DNA of 63,771 nucleotides, counting the filler, from Folioceros fuciformis (lineage: Eukaryota): NCBI GenBank assembly GCA_049999805.1. It is 5 parts of 5 records of this genome, joined end to end, with 100 filler letters (N's around TTAATTAATTAA, not from the genome) between each part and the next. Parts side by side here need not be neighbours in the genome. Positions count along the whole stretch, not along the records: positions 39,130 to 59,517 come from JBNGIO010006263.1; 4 more parts are not named here. One strand, 5' to 3'. The translations under genes were made by a program, and so were the position numbers. Numbering within the stretch: the stretch's first letter is position 1; each line of letters starts with the position of its first letter. The notes under the pieces are model-generated. The model was not told the origin of the DNA and searched no databases. It saw nothing but the letters and a program-made list of their open reading frames with translations. Positions 49,713 through 59,617 of this stretch are shown here, one piece after another.

Positions 49713-52700
49713 TGTTGAGTTATCGAGCTCTATATAAGCTAAACTCATGTGGTGTTAGTTATCCCGGTTGGGTTCATACTAAACTAGTTCTAGTTATTAA
49801 TGAACTTAAGATAGTGTAGATTATCCCATATTGAACTTGGAAGTTGTGTAGCCCTAAATGTACTACTTAAATGGAGACCTCGGACCTCCATAGTAAGACA
49901 GTGGTGATGTGTATTGTTTTTGGTTGTGACCACCAATACCACCCTCTCTTCTCTCCTCTCCTCTCCTACACTTGCACATAGACTGGAGTCGATCCTATTG
50001 ACATGGTATCAGAGCTTGAGAGCCAAATTGCCAAGCGTAGCCCAGAGTCGGAGAGCTAGGCGGGTACACCTGAGGGCGGTGCAAGATCGGTGTAGGAGGT
50101 GCTGCAAGAGGCAGCAAGAGTGCACACTAGGAGCTGGAGTAGCTACGAGGAGTTGGAGCAGCTTGGAGGGAGATCGCCAGCAAGCATCCCGGCAGCTTAC
50201 TCTCATATTGGTGTGTGCAGGCAGCTAACTCTCATATCGGTGTGTGCAGGAAGTGAGGAGAAGGGCGACAAGGCCCTGTCAGCTTACTGGATGGGCTGTT
50301 CATCCCCGGAGCTCTGTGGAAGGGCTGACATGTGGAGGCAACAGCTGCAGTAGCCTCAGCAGCTGCAAGAAAGTGTGCTAACCCTAGCTTGGCAACAGGG
50401 AAGGAATTGACACGAAATCTCTCGGGAGCTTTGTGGGCAGATCGTCAAGAGTCTGTAAGGACACGGAACATGAGACAATCTTGTTCACGCAAGGCAGCGT
50501 GATTCCGCACGAAATTGCTCTTAGGAAGAAGAGACTTAAGGTCTTGTGAGTAAAACTCCAGTCAGAAGCAGTCTCTTTCTTGCAGACATTTATCAGGTGT
50601 GAGTACTCAAGAAGGATTGAGTGTCAGCCTTGAGTGTTGGCAAGAATGGCCAGTGACAGTATTAACTAGATCGTGCAAGAGAAGCTGGACAAAAACAACT
50701 TCCATGCCTGGAAGTTTAGTTTTACAAACTTTCTTATGGGAAAGGGTTATTGGGACTACATTGAGGGGGAGCATGAAAAACCCCCTAAAGTACTTGAACG
50801 GAATGCAACAGCGGAGCAAATTAAGGCGCTGAAGGATTGGAGTCAAGGATCTCGGAAGGTCATGTATTGGCTGTCAATCAGCATTCATGACACCATGATT
50901 GGGCACATACAGGATGTAGAGTCGCCCAATGAAGCATGGGATGAGTTGGTCAAACTCTATGAGACCAACATGAAGGCGAGGAAACTACAGTTGAAGAATG
51001 ACTTCAACACAATTATGAAGAAGAACTTATCAATCAATGAGTACGCGTTAAAGATCAAAGAGATAGTGGAATCCCTTGCGTCCATTGGTGTCAGTGTGGA
51101 AGATGACGACAAGGTCGAAGTTTGCTTACGCGGGTTAACACTTGCCTATAAGCAGTTCAAGACTTCCATACAGACTCGGGAAAACATTCCCAATTTCTCA
51201 GACCTGATCTCTATGTTGATCATAGAGGAGAAAAACCTAGGTGAGGAATCATCCTCTAAGCCTAAGGAAAACTCTGAGCAAGCCTTCTACTCTGGCAGAG
51301 GTAGAGGTAGAGCCCAAGGTGGCAGAGGGCAAAGAGGTGGTGGAGGTAGAAATTCCTACCAAAATTAGCAACAGAATCAGGAGTCCTAGTACAAGAGTAC
51401 ACGTGGAAGAGGAGAAAATTCTCAAGGCTGGGGGAGTCAAAGAGGACGTGAAAATCAACAACAAAATGATGCAAATGCAGACAATAGTGGTTGCTGGACT
51501 TGTGGTAGGTTAGACCACTTTGAAAGAGACTGTCCACGGAGAAATCAAGGCAACAGGAGGCAGTAGAACAATTATGCCTCTAGCAGCAGTCAGAATGACT
51601 CGGACAACTTGTTTGTCATGCAGCATATGCTTAACTCTGTGTCTGCTAATGGATCCACCAATGGTGAGATTGTGTGGTATGTGGACTCAAGAGCTTCAAA
51701 CCACATGACATGCCATGGGGAGTGGTTCAAAGAAATGCAGGTGCTTGACAAACCTGGATATGTGGAAACTGGAGATGACACAACACATGCAATTGTGCAT
51801 ACAGGAACTGTACCTTTGAAGATGCAGGATGGCAAAGTGAAGTGCTTGGTAGATGTTCTTCACGTACCCAACATCACAAAGAACTTGGTGTTAGTTGGGC
51901 AGATGGTTGAGCAAGGACTGCAGGTTAGGTTTACACCTGTAGGACTCTTTGTTGAAGAGTGCAAGAAAGGCGGTCGCTTGATTGCTCAAGGGCAGAAGGT
52001 TGGACGGATGTTCACCTTGAACGTGGAGGTTCCTAAGCTGAAGTCACCCATGTTTGCGAAGGGTACAAGGGTAGTGACAGACCTAGAGATGTGGCACAAA
52101 TGCATTGGACATGTAAATGTGCAGAAGTTGAAGTCCATGCAACATCAGAAGGTTGTCATAGGCATACCCAGGCTTACAGAAACTGGACTACAAGGTGTAT
52201 GTGAAGCATGTCAACTTGCAAAACAGCATAGGAATGCGTTCCCCCATGACAAACATGTCAGCAGATATGTGTTGGATGTTGTGCATTCAGATGTATGGGG
52301 TCCTACACAGACTGCATCAATCGGAGGATGCAAGTACTATGTGACCTTCATTGACGACCACACAAGGAAGGTGTGGGTCTATTTCATGAAAGAAAAAAAG
52401 TGAAGTGATCACTCACTTTCATACTTTCAAGGTAATGGTTGAGAAGCAGACAGGTAGGCACATCAAATGCCTAAGATCTGATGGAGGGGGAGAGTACTTC
52501 TCCAGAGAGTTCAGCAAATTCTTATCAGAATAGGGCATTCAACGGCAGTACTCATGTCGTTATACGCCACAACAAAATGGAGTTGCAGAGCGCAAGAACA
52601 GGCACATAGCAGAAGTGGCGAGAGCATTGATGACAAAGAAGAAGATGCCTCACTACTGTTGGGCTGAAGCTGTAAACACAACAGTGCACATTATGAACAG

Positions 52701-55185
52701 AACTCCCACAGCAGCGGTGCACAGTGTAACACCAGAGGAGAAGTTCACAAGGAAGAAACCTGACTTGTCACACTTAAAGGTATTTGGTTGCATTGCTTAT
52801 GTCCATATTCCGGATGAGTTGCGGACTAAGCTTGATCCAAAAGCAGATAAGTGTGTCTTCATTGGGTATTCTATTACACAGAAAGGATATAGATGCCACA
52901 ATCCCAGTACACGAGCTATGAGATTAAGCAGAGACAAAGTCTTTGATGAAATGTCTAGCTGGTACTTTGAAGTACAAGCAAGTGGTGTAGCTGATGTGCA
53001 TGAAACTAAGGTAACAAGCAATGCAAGTCAACAATCACAAGTGTTGAGTGGACCACAAGCATCATTAAACTCAACAAATGTTCAGAATCCATGGAGTGGC
53101 AGGTTGCGAGGTAGTGTGAGCCCTACGAGCTCCACAGCTGTGTCTCGCAAAGGGAAGGAAAAAGTCCAAGGATTCAAAGATACCAGAGCTGAGTGCAGGT
53201 GCAGATGATTCAAGCGACTCTGAGCAGAGCTTGGATGAGGAATTCGGTGTACCGAAAATCGAAACACTCGGTGTAAAAGAGGTTCAATAAGCTCCTAGAA
53301 GTGGTTCAATCCCACGGAGATCTGGAAGGCACAAGGTTCCAATACAGCGGTTGACCTATGATAGCTATGTAGCTAGGCACCGTGCCTATATGGCAAAGGT
53401 TGTGCAGGATGTGGAACCGAGAAGCTTTGAAGAAGCTATTGGAGACACAAAGTGGGAACATGCCATGGATGAAGAAATGAATACATTAGATCAGAATGCA
53501 ACATGGGACCTAGTACAACTACCTGAAGGCAAGAAACCAATAGGTTGCAAATGGGTGTACAAGTTCAAACACAACGCAGATGGTAGTGTCAGCAGGTACA
53601 AGGCAAGGCTTGTGGCCAAGGGATATGCCTAGACATGTGGAATAGATCGCACTAGCGGCATCGAAAGGTTGGGTCCTACATCATATGGATGTGAAGAATG
53701 CGTTCTTATATGGAGAATTGCTGGAAGAAGTATACATGGACCAGCCACCAGGTTATGAGGATTTGGATCATCCAAATCATGTGTGCAAGCTGAAAAAAAC
53801 GTTGTACGGACTAAAGCAAGCCCCGAGGGCTTGGCATGAGCGTCTTGCTCAGCATCTAATTCACATCGGATTCAACATGGCAGATGCGGATCATTCGTTG
53901 TATGTGTGTAGAAATACAAAAGGACTGGTCTTTGTGATCATTTATGTGAATGATCTAATCATTGGAGGTAATCAGTTGGATCAAGTGGAGCAGATCAAGG
54001 AACTTCTGCAACAAGTGTTCAACATGACGGACCTAGGTGAATTGAAATTCTTCTTGGGCATTGAAATTATATGAACCAACACAGGCATCTGGCTGTCATA
54101 GCGGAAGTATGCGTTGGATGTACTAACTAAGTATGGTATGGTTGAAGTGCAAGCAAATCTCGATTCCTTTGAATCAAAATCTGAAGCTCAGTGCTCATGA
54201 TGGTGAAGCACTTGAAGATCCAACAGTGTACAGAAAGATTGTGGGTAGCTTGATATATCTCACTTTATCCAGACCAAATTTAAACTATATAGTGGGACTG
54301 CAGAATCAGTTTCTGCAGGTGCCAAGAAAGCCACATTTGGATGCAGTAAGGCGAACGTTGCACTATGTCAAGGCAACTATGAATCATGCTCTCTTTAATG
54401 CTGCAGATTCAGACATAAACTTGTGTGGGTACACAGATGCAGATTGGGCAGGCAGTGTTACGGATCGTAGATCTACAAGTGGATTCATATTTTCACTTGG
54501 GAGTACAGCAATAACATGGAGTAGCAAGAAGCAGCCTACAGTGGCTTTGTCCAGTACAGAAGCTAAATACAGAGCCATAACAATGGCAGCGTGTGAAGTG
54601 ACTTGGATTTGTAAGTTACTTGGAGATTTTGGATTTTGCAGGTTAACGACAAGGTTGTTATCTACTGTGACAATCTTAGCAGCATACAGTTGGTGCGAAA
54701 CCCAATGTTTCATGCCAGGACGAAACACATTGAGGTACATTATCATTTTCTTCGATAAAGGATTTTATCTGGAGTTATTGATCTTGTGTATGTCAACACA
54801 GACGAGCAGATAGCCGATATATTTACTAAGCCAATGGGAGCAAAGAAGCTGAAGAAATTCCGAGCTATGTTAGGCATACAGATGCTATGTTGAGCTCGAG
54901 GGGGAGTGTTGAGTTATCGAGCTCTATATAAGCTAAACTCATGTGGTGTTAGTTATCCCGGTTGGGTTCATACTAAACTAGTTCTAGTTATTAATGAACT
55001 TAGGATAGTGTAGATTATCCCATATTGAACTTGGAAGTTGTGTAGCCCTAAATGTACTACTTAAATGGAGACCTCAGACCTCCATAGTAAGATAGTGGTG
55101 ATGTGCATTGTTTTTGGTTGTGACCACCAATACCACCAAATCCTCTCCTACACTTGCACATAGACTGGAGTCAATCCTATTGACA
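49713..55185 (+). mobile_element. Full-length Ty1/Copia family A (LTRs 49713-50003 and 54907-55185, TSD CAATT) with gag-pol inactivated by stops and frameshifts
   Basis: TG...CA LTRs with CAATT on both flanks, PBS at 50004, PPT GAGGGGGAG, and all gag-PR-IN-RT-RH motifs present in order. Confidence 0.97.
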
Positions 55186-55340
55186 CAATTATTGGTCAAA
55201 CAAAACAAACAAAACCCAAAACTAAAAACTCATAGGCCAAGTAACTTTTCAGTATAAATACCTCGACCTACGCACAACCTGACTTTATTTCACACCAAAC
55301 TTAGAAAAAAACAAAAAATCACTCCAACGCACAGCTCAGT

Positions 55341-55624
55341 AGGGACAGGGACGCTCAGCAGGGACAGGGACGCTCAACAGGGACAGGGACGCTCAGCAGG
55401 GACAGGGACGCTCACCAAGGACAGGGACGCTCACCAAGGACAGGGACGCTCAGCAGGGACAGGGACGCTCACCAAGGACAGGGACAGGGACGCTCAGCAG
55501 GGACAGGGACGCTCAACAGGGACAGGGACGCTCAGCAGGGATAGGGACAGGGACGCTCAGCAGGNNNNNNNNNNAGGGACAGGGACGCTCAGCAGGGATA
55601 GGGACAGGGACGCTCAGCAGGGAC
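55341..55624 (+). repeat. G-rich minisatellite, 19-bp unit AGGGACAGGGACGCTCAGC, spanning a 9-N gap
   Basis: About 13 copies with variants are directly visible. Confidence 0.95.
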
Positions 55625-55643
55625 TTCCTATCAGATCGTTCAC

Positions 55644-55759
55644 AGGAGCCGTATGATGGGAGACTATCATCATGGTTTTTATGACTCTTGATTTTGTGTG
55701 AGGAGCCGTATGATAGGAGACTATCATCATGGTTTTTATGACTCTTGATTTTGTGTGAA
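55644..55759. repeat. ~57-bp tandem duplication
   Basis: AGGAGCCGTATGAT.GGAGACTATCATCATGGTTTTTATGACTCTTGATTTTGTGTG occurs twice. Confidence 0.9.
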
Positions 55760-57123
55760 GTATGTCTACCGTAAGAGGGACGGATTGGATTTCATACCAT
55801 GTGCTTCAAGTACGACTTTTTGTCTTGATTGAGCACACTTGCCTCATGCGGAAGCCACCTGTTGTCACTGTCTCTCAAATTAGTAGAGGCAGGGCAAAGG
55901 GACCCCTATCTTTGAAATCTCGGGCATTCAAGATGGGAGTCTAGGGCTAATGAGATGCCCCCTCCAAATCTCTTGCAGCCTCCCTTGTTGTTTGAGTTCT
56001 TGGAAACCCATTTGATCGCAAGAGCATCCATGGTGATAAGGGAATGACCGTATAGATCTCTTTGGGGACGATCAACTTGTAGATGCTTTACAAGCGGGAG
56101 GAGAGCAAATGGAAGGGGAAATATGGAGCACGTTGCCATAAGACCTTTTAATCGCTGTGCCGATGAGGATCAACCATATCACAGCTATCGAGGCCAAGTG
56201 CGAACTCAAATGTAATTACCGTAGCCAAGGGGACATGACCTGTCGATGACCCTGATTTTTAAGGCTCTTTTGTTGAAACATCGTTTTCGAATCAGCTGTT
56301 CGGTCATCAGATTCAGCATAAGAGAATGCAAGCCGCTTCCGTAAGGCGAGGACAAGCCTCTCGTCTCATGTTTTGCAGCCCAATAGGACGTCCCTAGCTG
56401 GTCTATGCATGGCCCAATTATCATAGCCGTCGTCCCGATATACGTCCATGAGGTGTACTGCATGTCATCATATTCTTTATGGCAAAACTATGAAGGGCTT
56501 GGACTGATCTCTCGGTTTAGTCTATAAGTTTGCATGCACGTGCACACACCAGGGAAAGTGGCCACTGCCATGCATCCAGCAATCCTTTGCAGACAATGTG
56601 TGCACTGGGTTGAATTCCTGCCCAACCGAAAGGCCGTCTACACTTGCACATGCCATATTTGCTGGCCTCATGTAAGAAAAGCTTTCAGTCTGAGACCAGC
56701 AACGGAAGTAACGTGGTCAGCAAAAGTTCAAGTTGCTCCTCCCTCCTGTCACGTATCTTGTACATTTGTGCACCCACGACATTCAAAAATCTAGCATGCA
56801 AGCCTACCTTTATGGCACACGCTTAGCACTTGTAGCACAAAGCGGGCTTCGACTTAGCTTCTTGCTAGTCTAGACATCATGAAGAGATCTAGGCAGGAGG
56901 TAGACCAGGTGGTGGGCAAGCTGGGAAGAGTGGTGAGGGAACTAGGCTCTCGATCCTTTAGGGCCCACATACAATTCTTTCTTCACGAATTCAGGCTGGA
57001 TACAATTGAGACAAAATTGGTGCGCACAAGCAGACAAGCAGACAAATGCAATTTCCGGTACAATTAAGGAGACAAGATTGCCACGCGCGCAGCTCACGAA
57101 TAGCACACATATATTTTAATTTT

Positions 57124-58296
57124 CTAATCTTTATTCAAGATGGGGAATTCGAGCCATGGATCCACACAGTGAATGCTGTATGGCCGAAACCTCTTGTAGG
57201 GACAAGACGGAAGCCACCTCCAAGCCACAGGCGTTCGTCCGAAATCGAGGCCCGCGATCCTATTCAGGTTGTCGTGCATGATATATACGTGGTCCATTGC
57301 CCCCGCGACCCGGATGTGCTCGAATGCATCTAACGAGAACTGGGAACGACGCAAGGCTTTCTTGTTGAATTTTTTCAGCATGGTAGGGGGCATGGCACCC
57401 AGGACTACCCACGCCATGCTCGCGAAGTCCAGCTCCCAGATCTGCATACTCAATTTATCACTCCGTAACCAGAGGTTCAGGCCTACGGCCACGCACAGGA
57501 GCCGGTCCTGCACTCTGACGAGGTTGCAGTAGAATGGAATGAAATGAGCAGGCTTGACCACAGCCAACCAGCTCCAACTAGCCCGCTCCATGTCGTAGGA
57601 CATCAAACTCCAATCCCCGTCAAGGCAATAGAGCACGGTGCCAATAAACACTCCCTGCTGGCTGGATGGGTGAGTGTTGAACATCCCGGCCGCGGGCAAG
57701 GCGTGGCTCGTCACATTCCAGCTCCCCACCGCGGAATCGAAGACAAATGTAGTCGCAGATACTTCCCTATTCCCATTCGAGAGAATCACTTGGCCATCAC
57801 GCACCGCCACCAGCTTGAAGGAGCGTGCAGCGGCATCCACGAAGATGCCTCGCACATCCGTCAGCAGCAAGGGATCCGGGAGCTCCGGTATGCTGGCCCA
57901 TGAGCTGGTCAGGGGGTTGCAAACGTGGGGCAAGGCCTCAAATCCACCCATCGCCGTGTCCCTAGTGGACAGGAGCACGCCACCGCCTGCGGACACCGAG
58001 GCCACCTCCTCAAGCGGGCTCCAATCGGATCGGAGCCATGCCGGGAGCTGGAGTTGGTACCATCTATTCATGGCAGGGTCGTAGGCGCAGGAGGCAACGC
58101 CGGAATCACCGTAGCCCGTCACGAACATCATCCATGGCTTCGGCACGCCTCTTGGAGATGCTAGCCGCTCCCGCAAAAAATAGGGCGACGCCACCATCTC
58201 CTTCCACGCTTTGCACACAGTGGCCGACCGCAACAGGCTCACCAGCGACAGCTTCACCAAGATCTTGGCCACAATGTGCGGTTCAGGCAGACTTTG
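57124..58296 (-). CDS. F-box/kelch-type (beta-propeller) protein, intronless; 5' end lacks an in-frame ATG (possible pseudogene)
   Basis: QSLPEPHIVAKILVKLSLVSLLRSATVCKAW...F (F-box), then AYDP..NRW, VCNPLTSSW..IP, VFDS..GSW, GVF..TVLYC, IWELD...W. An in-frame TGA lies just upstream in retroelement-derived sequence. Confidence 0.85.
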   Translation of the reverse strand, partial: QSLPEPHIVAKILVKLSLVSLLRSATVCKAWKEMVASPYFLRERLASPRGVPKPWMMFVTGYGDSGVASCAYDPAMNRWYQLQLPAWLRSDWSPLEEVASVSAGGGVLLSTRDTAMGGFEALPHVCNPLTSSWASIPELPDPLLLTDVRGIFVDAAARSFKLVAVRDGQVILSNGNREVSATTFVFDSAVGSWNVTSHALPAAGMFNTHPSSQQGVFIGTVLYCLDGDWSLMSYDMERASWSWLAVVKPAHFIPFYCNLVRVQDRLLCVAVGLNLWLRSDKLSMQIWELDFASMAWVVLGAMPPTMLKKFNKKALRRSQFSLDAFEHIRVAGAMDHVYIMHDNLNRIAGLDFGRTPVAWRWLPSCPYKRFRPYSIHCVDPWLEFPILNKD

Positions 58297-59517
58297 TAGG
58301 AATAAAGGTCAGACCTGGGCTGGTAGCCGGACAAATTACTGCGGTAGCCCAAACCAGTGCGCCAGCGTAGCCCAAACTAGTGCGCCAGCCATAACTACTG
58401 TTCCAGTTGCTGTGACTACTTCAACTATTGTTCCAGTTGCTGTGACTACTTCAACTACTGTTCCCGTTGCTGTGACTACTTCAACTACTGTTCCAGTTGC
58501 TGTGACTACTTCAACTACTGTTCCAGTTGCTGTGACTACTAAGTAGTCATATCCCCTGTATGGAGAGAAGAAAGGATACGAGGACCCTGACGATTTTGAG
58601 GAGCATTTTGAACAGTTAACCATCTCGAATCAGGAGGCGAATGACGCACAGCGCGTGCAGCTGTTCTATGGAGTTCTGCAAGGAGCCGCTGCTAAATGGT
58701 ACAAGAGGGAGTACTTGAAGACAACAACACCTCCGGCCACCTTCGATGCACTCAAGAGGTCATTTTGTGAGAGATTCCGCGTGGTGGATGTCGAAGGGTA
58801 TGTTCTGTCGAAATTGGAGAGGCTGAGGTGTTGCGAGGTCCACACAAACCCTCTTTGTCATTATAGCTCAGGGATTCGGTCCCAAAGAAATGATTTGTGT
58901 CAAATAACATAGGTTTTCTCTAAAAGTCGGTTCTACCCTAGGTCGGTTCGGTGGCACCCTCTACTGGCGCATCCGCGGCGCCGCTCCTGCTGCTGCTGCC
59001 TGAGCACAGGGCTTGAGACCCCTGCACCTTGGGATGCTGCGCATGGAACCCCGGATGCCGGATGCTATCCTCACTCCGGTGCCCTCCTCACGGCCTTGCG
59101 CACCTTGTCCACAGCACCTGCAACCATCACCAATCTTGCTGCACAATCCTAGCTCTGATACGAGTTGAAGGATCACTAGAGGAGCTACATGGTGAAGGAG
59201 GAGAGGAGGAAGCAAGGAGGAGAGGAGAAAAAGAGAGCTCACACTCTCACAAGTCCCTATTGCAATGGAGCTCAAGGGGGTATTTATACCCTCTAGAAGA
59301 GCTCCCAAGGAAGCTTCACAAGAAGCGCACAGGAAGCTGTGCAAGAAGCTTCCTACAGATTAGCTTAAGCTAATCTAAACAAATTATACTTAACTAGACA
59401 CTAATATTAGACTAAACACATTAGTCTAAGCACATTGGGCTTTAATAACCTTACGTAGCAACCAGCCAAAATATGGCCGACGTACTGACAAAAGCGCTGC
59501 CAAGCGCCAAACACATG
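58297..59517. mobile_element. Chimeric retroelement block: Gypsy gag 5' copy (58301-58824, with a 5 x 30-bp expansion) + LTR fragment + Copia-B leader/PBS/LTR (59166-59454) + Copia-E RNase H end
   Basis: 58301-58824 matches 46086-46466; 58827-59082 matches 48753-49008; 59166-59454 matches the B LTRs; 59452-59517 matches 45517-45582. Confidence 0.88.
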
Positions 59518-59617
59518 NNNNNNNNNNNNNNNNNNNNNNNNNNNNNNNNNNNNNNNNNNNNTTAATTAATTAANNNNNNNNNNNNNNNNNNNNNNNNNNN
59601 NNNNNNNNNNNNNNNNN

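Noticed and set aside
55760-56900. Possible gene between the minisatellite and the F-box gene
   Set aside because: Only short ORFs without recognisable motifs on either strand.
58211-58623. Mucin-like Thr/Val-rich protein ORFs
   Set aside because: A 30-bp tandem expansion inside a duplicated Gypsy gag 5' region, followed by a stop.
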